Part shown: positions 9,091 to 20,224 of the stretch, in pieces | Layout: each line of letters opens with the position of its first letter | How positions within the stretch are numbered: the first letter of the stretch is position 1 | NCBI GenBank assembly: GCA_010093705.1 | Contig: MU006096.1 | Location: forward strand, 297,558-330,203 | Source: Patellaria atrata CBS 101060 | Lineage: Eukaryota | Length of the DNA stretch: 32,646 bases | Direction: 5' to 3' | Notes under the pieces: generated by a model | Told to the model about the DNA's origin: nothing | The model's database searches: none | What the model saw: only the letters and a program-made list of their open reading frames with translations | Translations under genes and position numbers: made by a program

Positions 9091-12000
9091 ATGAACAACT
9101 GGCCGGAGAATGGCATCTACAACAACGCAATCCACGACCCGAATCCCCATACCCTAGATCCGTCATCCATATTCAACTCGAACAATGTCGATATCAACCA
9201 ACTTCAAAACGCGCAATTCCAGCAACAACAGCGCATGAACAATGGCATCGCGCGCAACACTTCACCCGCATTTCCGAACCAAAGCTATCAAGTCAATCCT
9301 GTTATACCCTCGAAACGTGCACGACCAAGTGAAGATGGTATCAGCGCTTCACCTAGACAAGCTCCCGGTACCTTGAACCAGTCGCGATCACAAACACCAC
9401 AATCGATGGGTTACGGTGGATTCCAGGGTGGCCAACATGGCGCACAGCCGTTGCAGGCGCAAACTCCATACCAGCATTTACACCAGGGCGGTTCTGCGAA
9501 TGCTACTCCCTCTCCGACAATGCAGAATCAACAATTCCGACAGCCAGGCCCGGCGCAAAGGGTCAATACCGTATCGCCAAGCCCTTTTCCACAACCGCAA
9601 CAGAATTTTGGAATGTCTCCACAAGGTGATCCTAACAGTCGGATGGGAACCCCTCAGAATTCAGGAATGGGGCCTATGGCCGGCATGAACTTCATGCCTG
9701 GAGGTCAAATGCCGCAAGGCTTCAATCAGAATCCAGGATTTCCTATGGGCATGTCCCCTGCTGGGATGACCGCTCAAGGCGTACAACTACCTCCGAATCT
9801 TGCAGCACGACAGGCCGAACAGCAACGGCGATATCAGATGCAAATGTTGAGCCAACAACATGCTTTAGCCGCAAACCAACAACGGCAGCAAGCGGCAGGT
9901 ATGAATCCGATGCACATGGCAGCTGCTGCGCAACAGATGAACCCCGCAATGGCGGCGCAGGCAATGCGTGCACAGCAAGGCGCGAGCATGGCCCAGAGCT
10001 CTGCCAAAAGTCACGAACATTTCGTTAAACAAGTTGCAACCTTGATGCATCAACACGGCCTTCCTTTCAACCCGAATCCCGTTGTAGCCAACAGACCTGT
10101 GAACTTGATGCAGTTGTTCGGTATTGTCATAAAACCAGGTGGAATCCGAATCGTAACACAAGCCCAGCAATGGCCGGCCGTTGCACAGGCACTTGGTTTT
10201 CCTCCAGCGCAATTTCCCATGGCTGGCGCCGAGTTAAGACAGATCTACGAACAGAATCTGTTGAAGTACGAAGAAGTGTTTCAGAAAAATAGCGCGGCTA
10301 AGAGGAGAGCAGATATGTCGCGACAAGCACAAATTGCTGGGATGCAAGGACAACAAGGCTCTCCGACGAAAATGATGCAGCCCGGTGGTCCAGAGATGTC
10401 ACAACAACAATACATGCAGCAATTACAGCAAAGGATGCAACAGTCTTCGCAGTTGAACGCTGGTCATGGAACACCTGTGCAGAACAATGCAGCGTTTCCA
10501 CAATCCAATGGTTGGGCAACTCCTCAATCAGACTCAGCCACGCACCTACCCCCGAACGCAGTGAATCAACATCGTAAGAGTGCAAGTAGGCAGTTGGAGT
10601 CATCCTCGCCTCAGGTTCAACCACCCGGATTTCCTCCCGAGTCACCTGCACCTCCAGATAAACCCCACGCTGGTCAAGCACCTCCCGATCATGTTGCAGG
10701 TGAAGCCACAGCTAATGGAATTGCTACTAAGTTCGAGGACAAATTTGAAATTGGCACCCATTACAATCCCAAGGTTCGGACGATACAGGATACCCATGGA
10801 GGCCTCTACGTTCATGATGCCGATACCATAGCGAAAGAAATTGCCATGTTTAAACCCAATATTCCCACATTTAATGAAATGGGAATCATTGATATGCGGT
10901 GCCTTAGTTTAAGCATTCAATCGGGGATACATGCTGAAGTTCGTTATGCCCTTGATCATCTTGCGAGAATATCCTCTGAAGCGAAACAACTACACCAAGT
11001 AGACCTTGCAAAGTGCGAAGACATGGTTGACGTGTTGATCGATTGTGCTGAGGAGCAAGTGGAAACATTGTTAAGCAACGCTCCCGAAGTCTCAGATATT
11101 ATCGATCTCACACCTTACGAGGACGTCATCCGAAACACAAAGATCGAGGTGCACGGATTGCAGGACATCCCTGAATTCGGTTCAGAGGAGTACGAGCTGA
11201 ACCGTGCAGCAGACCGACTCATCTCAATCACTACGATTTTACGCAACTTCTCGTTCTTCGAACCGAATCTCAGACCACTAACTTCTTCCGTCGTAATAAA
11301 ATGTCTTTCTAACGCAATCCGGGCTCTCGGGACCCGAAATCAATTCCTCAGATCACACCGCAACACCCAAGACTTCATGAAGGATGTCATCACCTTCCTG
11401 TCCAACGTATCCCACGAACTTGAAATCCCATCACGTGAAGAGGCACACGTTCTCCTCCAATTTCTCCTCGCATTCGCCCCCTGTCCTCCACCCACGACTC
11501 AACCTCTCCATTTCGTCGCTTTCAACCCCCAGATCCACCGCTACCTCCCCTGCGCTGTCGATAGTCTCGCTAAGTTACTCGCCCGCGATGAGCCCAATCG
11601 CCACTACTACCGACATGTCTTCAATGCGGACGCAAATTCCAATCCGCCTTACGACCTCCTGACCCGCGCCTTCGCACTCGCCATCTCGGTCATTCCGGAT
11701 CGCGCGAAGGGGAATATTCCCACCAACATCGAGAGTCGGATGTCGGAGGCAAGGAAGCCTTATCTCATTCAAGCCATGCTAGCTGCCGATATCCTCGCCT
11801 CTCTCGCGCCTGGTCCGGAATCTGGTATCGCCCGTGCCTGGCTCGAGGCCGAAGACGGATGGGCAGCGAGTCTGTTGAGAATGGCCTGTTATCTCTGTCA
11901 AGAACGTCCACCGCCGGCACAACAACCACCCGTCCCACCACAGCAACCACAAGGTCGTGGAGCGGCCGCCACGGCAGCGGCAGCGGCGGCGGCAGCTTTA

Positions 12001-12321
12001 CGAAGGCAAGAAGCAGCTAACGATGTAGCGGATCAGGGATGGGGTCTCGTCACACACCGAGCCTTCGCGCTACTACGGCGTCTTGGCGAGAAGAGCCGCG
12101 TCGAGCAAGCAAGCGGAAGCGGCGGCGGCGTTAATGGCGTCACGGACGGTGACAATAAGGAAGCGGACGGCGACGAAGAAGGCAAGGAAGAGGCGAAGTG
12201 GAGGGGCATTAAGGCAGGATTGGTGCCGAAGAGTAGTCTCGTGCTCGGCGCGCTGATGAGTAGTGCCATCGATGCTGTGGCTTTGAAGCAGCTTTGCGCT
12301 TTTGCGGGGATGGAGTGGTGA
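9091..12321 (+). CDS. SWI1: ARID/BRIGHT-domain SWI/SNF chromatin-remodelling subunit (Swi1/Sol1 orthologue), intronless CDS, 1076 aa
   Basis: Q/M/P-rich N-terminus; ARID domain (RPVNLMQLFGIVIKPGG...WPAVAQALGFP...LRQIYEQNLLKYE); Swi1-type C-terminal region (LSLSIQSGIHAEVRYALD, TTILRNFSF). Confidence 0.88.
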   Translation: MNNWPENGIYNNAIHDPNPHTLDPSSIFNSNNVDINQLQNAQFQQQQRMNNGIARNTSPAFPNQSYQVNPVIPSKRARPSEDGISASPRQAPGTLNQSRSQTPQSMGYGGFQGGQHGAQPLQAQTPYQHLHQGGSANATPSPTMQNQQFRQPGPAQRVNTVSPSPFPQPQQNFGMSPQGDPNSRMGTPQNSGMGPMAGMNFMPGGQMPQGFNQNPGFPMGMSPAGMTAQGVQLPPNLAARQAEQQRRYQMQMLSQQHALAANQQRQQAAGMNPMHMAAAAQQMNPAMAAQAMRAQQGASMAQSSAKSHEHFVKQVATLMHQHGLPFNPNPVVANRPVNLMQLFGIVIKPGGIRIVTQAQQWPAVAQALGFPPAQFPMAGAELRQIYEQNLLKYEEVFQKNSAAKRRADMSRQAQIAGMQGQQGSPTKMMQPGGPEMSQQQYMQQLQQRMQQSSQLNAGHGTPVQNNAAFPQSNGWATPQSDSATHLPPNAVNQHRKSASRQLESSSPQVQPPGFPPESPAPPDKPHAGQAPPDHVAGEATANGIATKFEDKFEIGTHYNPKVRTIQDTHGGLYVHDADTIAKEIAMFKPNIPTFNEMGIIDMRCLSLSIQSGIHAEVRYALDHLARISSEAKQLHQVDLAKCEDMVDVLIDCAEEQVETLLSNAPEVSDIIDLTPYEDVIRNTKIEVHGLQDIPEFGSEEYELNRAADRLISITTILRNFSFFEPNLRPLTSSVVIKCLSNAIRALGTRNQFLRSHRNTQDFMKDVITFLSNVSHELEIPSREEAHVLLQFLLAFAPCPPPTTQPLHFVAFNPQIHRYLPCAVDSLAKLLARDEPNRHYYRHVFNADANSNPPYDLLTRAFALAISVIPDRAKGNIPTNIESRMSEARKPYLIQAMLAADILASLAPGPESGIARAWLEAEDGWAASLLRMACYLCQERPPPAQQPPVPPQQPQGRGAAATAAAAAAAALRRQEAANDVADQGWGLVTHRAFALLRRLGEKSRVEQASGSGGGVNGVTDGDNKEADGDEEGKEEAKWRGIKAGLVPKSSLVLGALMSSAIDAVALKQLCAFAGMEW

Positions 12322-13000
12322 TCCTTTCGGTGCGAAAAGAACATCCCTCTCCGTTAGCAGACTCTTTTCCTTATTTCAGGTATTTGCGAGGTCCACTCCA
12401 GGGGGCCCTAGATGTGGGATATATGACCTGTTAGGTTTGTTCGGTTGGATTTGCGTCCTTGGTGCATTGAAGGATAGGGAACTTGTTTGGATTTTTTCTT
12501 TGTTTTGTTATTGAATTACCACTAAAATGCGAGTGGCCAGAACTGGGCGAAATCTCTGTATTAGAAACCTTCTTGTTTGCCCAGCGCTGCGATTTTCTAT
12601 ACCGACGGGATCGCCCCTTCTCCTTTTGCGTTTCTCGTGTTCATACATCGGCGTTGCTTGGTCAGGATGTCTTTCCGGGCTTCTCTCTTTTTTTTTTCTT
12701 TTTCATCATATTCCGACATCCCTCGATTGACTTGGTATGAGAGACGCGACGGGAAAAAAAAAAAGCTTTCATGGAATGTAGAAAGTTTTTTTTTTTTTAC
12801 CATCTGAGGTTGGGGAGTTTGCGAGTGTCATTACAATAGTTAGGGGGTTTTGTTTAGATGATCAGAAACCCTGTCTAGCTAGCCTTACTATTCCGTCCTT
12901 TACATTTAAAGCTTGAAAAAAGTCTCGTTTGATAACTACAGTGTTTAACCATCTATAATCATTTAAACCCCCCCGCCACGCCCCCCTCTCGTTACCCCAA

Positions 13001-14831
13001 TCAACTCAATTCAACCCCCCTCCCCTGACCCATCTCCACAACCTTAACGCCCCTGACCCCCGCAGCAGCGAACCCCAAAATAGCCGCAACACACACGAAC
13101 ACAAGCCCCGGCATCCAGCCCGCGGACCATGCGAACAGCACGCCACACACGCCCGGCGCGAAGATCCTAACGAGGCCCTGCAGGAGCCCGAGGCCGCCCA
13201 TCAGCTCCCCGACGCGGTCGCCGCCGACGTGCTTGGTGAGCGTGGCCTCGGTGAGGGCGAGGCCGACGGCGCCGAAGGCGGAGAGGACGCCTGCGAGGGT
13301 GAAGAGCACGCCGGTGGGCGCGAGGGCGTAGGCGAGGTAGCCGGCCAGATCGGTCAGGATGGCTAGGGAGAGCAGGCGGGAGTCGAGGGGGGCGGGGCCG
13401 GGTGGGGTGGTCGAGGGGTTGGAGGAAGGGGGTGGGTGTGATTTGTGGGTGAAGAAGCGGATCAGGAGGGGTAGGGCGAAGGCGCTGATGGCGGCGCGGG
13501 AGAAGTTGATCGTGCTCATGAAGAGGTTTGTTTCGAGGTTGCGCCAGTGGAAGACGAGTTGGGGGTAGAGGATTAGGGGCTCAGACGGGCCCATTGCGGC
13601 GGTGTAGATTAGCATGTTGATTAGGAGGAGGAGGACAACGTTGCGGCGGAATGTGGGGGAGGTTGGGGAGGGGGGAACGAGGCGGGTTAGCCAGGCGTGG
13701 GGGTTCAGACGTGCGAGGAGGTTGAGGAGGGTGTGGATGTGGATTGGAGCGGTGGTGAGGGTGCTTAGGTGCGGTTTCCATCCGCTGATAGGAGCGGCGA
13801 GAGATTCGGGGACGAAGAGCATGTAGAGGACGGATAGGCCCCGCATGAACTAAAGGGTTTGTTAGAAATGGCCGGTTTCAGGGTTCCGAGATATGTACCA
13901 TGCAGAGGTAGAATACAAGGAGCGGGTGGTCATTGCCCGCGAGAGACGTGATGTAGCCGGATATCAAGGGACCAACGCCAATACCTATGAACATAGCACT
14001 ATAGACTCGTCCGATATAGACAGCACGCTTTTCTCGAGCCGTACAATCGCTGATGTATGCTGATGACATTGCCATGACCAGCGCAAAGGAGCCGCTAAGC
14101 ACATATGTTCTTAGCGTCGATATCACGGCATATGCGTGTATATGATTATACAATAGATAGCTTGACTATATCAGAAAAGGGAGGACCTACCATATACCAT
14201 CAACCGCAAACACGAGCAATATCCAGTAATAGTGAAACACGTCTGGATGCTCTGCTATAGTAACCAGAACGGCTTCCGACAGAATAGTCACTACAATATT
14301 ACCAGCCATAATCTTGACGCGTCCAATGCGATCGCTCAGACTACCGAGCATAGTACACATGATAGCGGACAATATGCCACTAATGACATGTCCGTACGAG
14401 TCTATCAGCGCCACAAGCGAAGACACTTCGCTGATACTACATTGCGGATTATATCCTCCGATAACTACCGGTAACGAAGGGTCTATCAACGGTTCGTCCG
14501 CTCTAGCAAGCGTATGCACATTCGCGATACCCGCGTCCGAGATCATCTGGCGGCATACAAGCGAGATCTTGAGATTGATCCGCGGGACGGCGACGATACC
14601 AAAGGCCAAGCTGTTGATCGTGAAGAACACCAGGAGGTATATCACCTACGGCGTTTGTAAGCACATTGTCCGTAGACTGGTGAGTAAATGACATACCGCA
14701 GGTTTGCGCCGAGCCCGTTGTGCATCGGCTGATAGCTCGTCTGGCTCATTTTGACCCAATGATTCGAGTTCAACGCCATCGTCGTCTAGGGTATCAGCTT
14801 GGCCAATTGGATGGTACGAAGTCGATTCCAT
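13001..14831 (-). CDS. MFS transporter (tetracycline-efflux/SLC46-like); exons 14831-14697, 14645-14191, 14094-13899, 13849-13001
   Basis: MFS motif A (LGSLSDRIGRVKIM), AYISDCT and multiple hydrophobic helices. Introns of 51, 96 and 49 nt with GT-AG ends join the ORF-track fragments in frame. Confidence 0.88.
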
Positions 14832-15523
14832 TGAGCATTGTGGATAGCAGAAGTCCTAATAATCTACGTATTTCTATAGGTAGTGAACTTAGTAAGGTAG
14901 CTGCTATCATATGGAAGGTGGTCATAACGGCGGCCGGAGTTTAGGCGGTGATAAATTGATCGCGACGGGAGCACGTACGAACTTCTTTATTGCAATTCTG
15001 TTGTAGAAACGATCACATGCGACCTAATATTGCAGACTGCGACTCAATAGCTGAAGACAAATTACCCTTTGCTCTATCAGTGTGGGCATCGGTCGGTACC
15101 TGGACGATTGCTGTACAGATCGTGCCAGACTGTTGAGAACGACTTCTAACAGAGACTTGACCGTTTGTACAGCTGAGTGGAAGGACTTTTCTATGTCGAA
15201 AATGCAATTGGGATTTTCCGTTGCTGCATTTGATAGAAAATAATCAAATCCCGTAGAGCGACTAACACCCCCTTGAAACTTGTTCCAAGCGAATCTCAAC
15301 TGAGGTGCTTGTTGGAGACAATGTGGCGATTGTGGCGAATCCTAATGCTTTCTTTTGCTTCAGCCATCCATCTCTGCTCTCCTTAGGTTTAGCTACAATC
15401 TAGTCAACTTCAATTGTATTGACCATGAAAATTATTAGGTTCCAAGTATCTTTGGAATAGCCTCTTATAACTCCAATTAGCTTTGCGTACTTGCGTATCT
15501 GTAGTCCAAGCACTCCGCACCCC

Positions 15524-17718
15524 ATGAGTCGTCCAGAAACGCGTCGTACCCTCAGTGATGCGCTGAGACTCGCCCAGTCGCGGGAGGAACAAGAGACACT
15601 GCTGGGAGATGAGGAAGTTGCTGATGAGAATGGCTGCATTACGGATTCACTATCGCAAGTAATATTCGCTCCTGATCCGCATGCTAAGCTACCCGTCTAT
15701 ACTAATATCCATCGGTATACTAAGCTTTCTATATCTGACTCTATAACATGACAGCCGTTAATGAAGCGTTAGAATCCGACGACTCATTATTGCTAGCATT
15801 GATGATCCGTATACATTGAAACAATTGAAAGAGCCAAGGCTCAATGTTATGATTGTGAGACCGCTTGTTGATAAGCTCCACAATCCCAATGATGTATCAA
15901 TAGGTACGGGTTTTACTTTTCATAGACTTACTCATTCAATTAGTCAAATTGAAGAGGTCTTCAAGTCTTACACTTCTCAGTATATTGCTTGCTCGTCAAT
16001 CGGGTTCAATTCCTCCGTGAGCAGTCTCGCCATGCCCATCATCAGACCGTGAGCGGTTCTCGAGCCGCTCTATGCGAGCTAGTTGCAACCAAAATCTTAC
16101 GTCGTTTCGATGAAGAAAATGAGGGCCGTACAGCTTTGCTCTTACTCGCAAATGTTCTCGTTGCTCCTTTCGATCCACTTCAGAATGCTCCTGACGAAGT
16201 GATTGAGCAAAGTCGCCATGCAATTGATTGGGCTTTGCAAAAGAGGGGCGGTTATGAAGGCAAACTGATAGCTTTGGAGATTGCTATCATTTCCGAGAGC
16301 AAACATTTTACGAGCTCTATAGCTTGTCAGAAAGTGGTCGAAGCTGTCTACCATGGGCGTATCGTATACACCCCTACATCCTTCATAGACATCATCCCGG
16401 ACCATTACAAGTACAAGCCGATCTCCCTATATGACCCCCGAAAGGCTCCATTGTTAAACCAGTATCGACTTGTTGTTCCTCGAACCCGTAACATTATCGA
16501 AATCTGCCAGTTCATAATGCTTATTGCTCTATATGTCGTAACGATGACACGTCGGGATCATACTAGATGGAGTGGTTACGAAGTCGTCTTTGTCGTATAC
16601 GCTTTGGGATGGCTGTTGGATGAATTTGCATCAATCTTAGCACATGGTATTGCAGTTCATACACAGGTATGTGCACTCGGGACCGAAACTCGATGAGTTC
16701 CTAACTATTTTAGAACCTCTGGTCTTTCCTGGATATGACATTTGTGGTGATATTCATGGCCTATATAGTTCCTCGGATTCATGGTTACATGATAGGGGAT
16801 CTCGAAATGTGCCGGCAAGCCGTCGATATCCTCGCCACAGCCGCTCCGATACTTCTCGCACGAATTGCTTTCAATATCATGCCAGATAATATGCTCTTCA
16901 TCGCGCTAAGGGCAATGATGGGAAAGTTCCTCCTTCTGACAGCAATCTCTGTCTGGTTATCTACAGGGTTTATGCTGGCTCTGCGTTGGCTCAGTCTAGG
17001 CGGCAGCAATCCTCCAGGATCTCCCGAACACGCCGAACCCATAATGATTGCAAAATGGATGCTTTGGATTTGGTTCGGCTTAGATGGAACCGGCATATCA
17101 AAGGCACCAGGCTTCCACATGTATCTTGGCCCGGCTCTTATGGTCGTCTTCGCCTTCCTTGGAAACACGTTGTTCCTCACGGTACTAGTCGCCATCCTTA
17201 GCGAGACATTCAATAAGTTGGCAGAAGATGCGTCCTCGGAGATACAGTTTAGACGCGCTGTCATGACCTTTGAGGGCGTCAAGAGCGATGCTATATTTGC
17301 CTACAGGCCACCCTTCAATATCCTAGCTCTAGGTGTACTTGTTCCACTCAGGTTCGTCCTCTCTCCGCGTTGGTTTCATAAGATCAACGTAGGCATTGTC
17401 AAGATCTTAAATGCACCTATTCTTGTCGTGGTTTCTTTCTATGAAAGACAATATCTGTGGAAGACACCTAAGAAAGTACACCCCGATGGACCATCTAAAC
17501 GCTCTTGGATGAGCTTTTGGAGTTTCTCTGGTTTTAGTGTTCATGGCGATATTCAGGCTTGTTTTGAAGTTGATCCGCCGCAAGAGGTTATTGATGAGAT
17601 TGAGATGATAGACGAGCTCAATGATGATATATTTAAGAATGGGCTACAGGTGCCGCAGCGGGATGTTAGTCCTGGGACACCGGATCTTAGATCTCGAAGG
17701 ATGTCCAGTATAGTCTGA
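15524..17718 (+). CDS. Yvc1/TRPY1-family non-selective cation channel; exons 15524-15714, 15773-15903, 15981-16666, 16714-17718 (start codon uncertain)
   Basis: Spliced protein has IVRPLVD, VYCLLVNRVQF, LYDPRKAPLLNQYRLVVPR, pore-region WIWFGLDGTG, S6-like FLGNTLFLTVLVAILS and PPFNILAL, as in fungal Yvc1-like TRP channels. Three GT-AG introns. Confidence 0.85.
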
Positions 17719-18001
17719 GGTAAAGAGGTCAGGATCGTTGGTCTAGACTAGGGATAGCAATTCTGTAATATTATGCTCCTCGCATGATGAATGTGTTAAC
17801 AACTCTGCTTATTTTCCTCGTCCTCTAGAGTTTGGATAGATAGTAGGTTTGAAGTAAAGTGCCAGCCGGTCATCAAAAAACCAAAGACTCGTGCTCGATT
17901 GAGCTCCCGGAGGAATCATTGGAGGTATCATCTGGTAATTACTCCATACTTATCCAGATAACCACTTTAGGTCCCTTTTCCATAGAATCCAGTCGTTCAT
18001 C

Positions 18002-18928
18002 CTATTTGTCTTCCCCTTTCAAGGCAGCTTCACACCGCTTTCTCACTTCATCCACTCCTTGCACGCCATCCCACTTATTCAGTAAGTTCTTCACCTCTGC
18101 CCAATCCTCCTCCGCAGAGTCTATATCGCCGCTTGCAACGAGACTCCTTAATCTTGTAGGTGCAGCGAGCACCCACTTAACTGTTTGTTTCTGCCTCTGT
18201 TGGGTGGGTGGAGAGATATCATCTGCGGTGATTTTAGGTGGGGCTGGCGTTCGATCTATTAAGGAGGATGATAGCGCTGCTGCGGTCTCGGCGATGTGGG
18301 ATATGGCGGGTGAGAGGGTGTTGGTGGTCGGGGTTAGGGGATCCATGTTTGAACGCATCTACGCAACATAAAGTCAGAACAGTGAAATATATATATATAT
18401 ATATATAAAAACTAACGGGGTAAGGGAACTTTTCCTTACTTTCCGTATCGTGTCAGTAGCGGCAATAAGCTTCGAATAGTTATCATAAACCAACGCCTTG
18501 CGCTCGCCATCAAGGCCCCTTATCTCTAAATTATCCCATCATCAGCCTTGAAGTCCACGTGACCCCTTTGTATTCGTTCCATCTCACCCGTGACAGGATC
18601 TTCGAAACTCACCACTCATCAAGCCCCCCTCAACTTTCAAAACACCTTCCAAACCCTCTCTCGCCAAAACGCTAGCCACATACGCCTCAGCATTAAAGCC
18701 CTCCTTGTCAAGCTCACTGCTATTATCCTCTTCCCTCCAGTCCTCCTTCAGGGCCTCCTCACTCGCGTCAGCCAACGGAGCTTTGATCCCATAGTAGTCT
18801 CGGAGCGCAGCGCGGTTCCTGCGCGCAGGTCTGGGAGCCTGTTGAGGATGAGGGCTTTCGAAGGAGGTGCGGGAGGAGGATGGGCTACGAATGGAGGTTG
18901 AGATGCGAGGGGAGGCTATTGTTGACAT
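18002..18928 (-). CDS. VPS51: GARP complex subunit Vps51 (Vps51/Vps67 family); exons 18928-18613, 18525-18440, 18358-18002
   Basis: RRNRAALRDYY, ELDKEGFNAEAYV and spliced [30 protein letters not shown] match the Vps51 N-terminal signature. Confidence 0.9.
18387..18406. repeat. (AT)10 microsatellite in VPS51 intron 2
   Basis: Perfect AT run read directly. Confidence 0.95.
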
Positions 18929-19076
18929 TTTGCGTACTGGTTTTTCGGGAATAGGGGACTTGGAACAATGACGGCTTGTGGGTTTGTCATGAACCTGTAG
19001 GGCTGAATTAAGGTTTTAAGGTTAGTGAGGTTAATTTATGGATCGGCGGGGGTGGGTAACTCATGCCGACCACGTT

Positions 19077-19107
19077 GACGACACGCGGAGACGACACGCG
19101 GAGACGA
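19077..19107. repeat. Tandem 13-bp direct repeat (GACGACACGCGGA x2 plus GACGA) in the VPS51/RMI1 divergent promoter
   Basis: Exact duplication read directly; each unit carries ACGCG. Confidence 0.9.
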
Positions 19108-19218
19108 TATCCTTGTTTTTCGGGTAACTATGGGTATGCCGAACTAATTTGACGTCTCATCAGCAATCGAATGCACTACAAGACTCTCAATTCCGTTTAA
19201 CGACACCTTAACACGGCG

Positions 19219-19902
19219 ATGACCACAACGAATCTCGCACAAGAGATCTCCACCCACCTAGCCTCTAAATCCCTCTACCCATCCCAAGGCTGGCTCGACG
19301 GTTTCCTAACCTCCATACGCATCGGGACCGCACTCCCAGCTCTCAAGTCAACTGCTCAATTCCGTATCCTCGCGTCCGACATCACACAAACACTCGATCG
19401 TTCCGTAACCGCTGCGTTTCCACCCGACGTTCTTGACGCGACGAAGAAAGAAAGAATCCTTCCGGACCCTATCCCGGTGCAAGTGCTTGATGTGGAAGAT
19501 ATTGGGCGCAGTAGGTGGAGTCAAGTAGAGGCGATCGAGGCGGCTGAGAGGGGTGAGACAACGAAGGGAAAGGAGATTATTAGGGTTGTGCAGAGTGAAG
19601 AGCAGGGAGAGAGGAGGGATGATGAGGCGGCCGCGAGTGGGGGCCCGCATAAGGTGCTTGTGCAAGATGTGAGAGGTTCTCAGGTTTATGGAATTGAGAT
19701 GTTTCCCGTCCAAGGAATGGATCTCAGCATGGGAATTGGGTCGAAGCTTCTACTGAACAATGTAGTCCTTGCACGAGGTGTACTGCTGCTGGATGCAAAT
19801 AGTACGACAGTTGTGGGAGGAAGGATTGCTACAATGCATGAGGCTTGGAAAGCGGGTAGGAAAGCGAGACTCAAGAAAGCTGCGAACGAGAAAGGTGTAT
19901 AA
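19219..19902 (+). CDS. RMI1: RecQ-mediated genome instability protein 1 (N-terminal helical region plus OB fold), 227 aa
   Basis: FRILASDIT, IPVQVLDVEDIGRSRWSQVEAIE, GPHKVLVQD, MGIGSKLLL and ARGVLLL are RMI1_N OB-fold motifs. Confidence 0.88.
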   Translation: MTTTNLAQEISTHLASKSLYPSQGWLDGFLTSIRIGTALPALKSTAQFRILASDITQTLDRSVTAAFPPDVLDATKKERILPDPIPVQVLDVEDIGRSRWSQVEAIEAAERGETTKGKEIIRVVQSEEQGERRDDEAAASGGPHKVLVQDVRGSQVYGIEMFPVQGMDLSMGIGSKLLLNNVVLARGVLLLDANSTTVVGGRIATMHEAWKAGRKARLKKAANEKGV

Positions 19903-20224
19903 AGTGAAGTTTCAGGTGACCTTCGAGTACAAAGACCTCTATCCTTCAGTTTGGATATCGACTCCTTTCAGGATCCCTCCGTTTGCATGGATGCTTTATT
20001 TCGAAAGCATCGACTTTTCGAAGAAGAACATCATGAGGACTCCCTTCCACACCTCGTTACTTCTCCAGACTTTATTATGAGGAGAGGTTCTGTCACCATT
20101 GTCAGAGAGTCTGCAGCTTCGACCATCGATCATTAGAGCCCCCGTCAAGATGACGATTCCTCAGCGATGCTCCACGAGAATAGAAGCGATTCGGGCGCGT
20201 ACTCGGCTCACACTGACTAGAACA

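Noticed and set aside
9416..12344. Many alternative-frame and antisense ORFs inside SWI1
   Set aside because: Expected shadows of a long, low-complexity CDS.
16785..18371. Antisense ORFs of 165 and 170 aa over the channel gene and VPS51
   Set aside because: Antisense shadows of real exons with no independent evidence.
19219..19902. RMI1 is much shorter than the animal and plant proteins
   Set aside because: Fungal Rmi1 normally lacks the C-terminal OB fold, so this is not a truncation.
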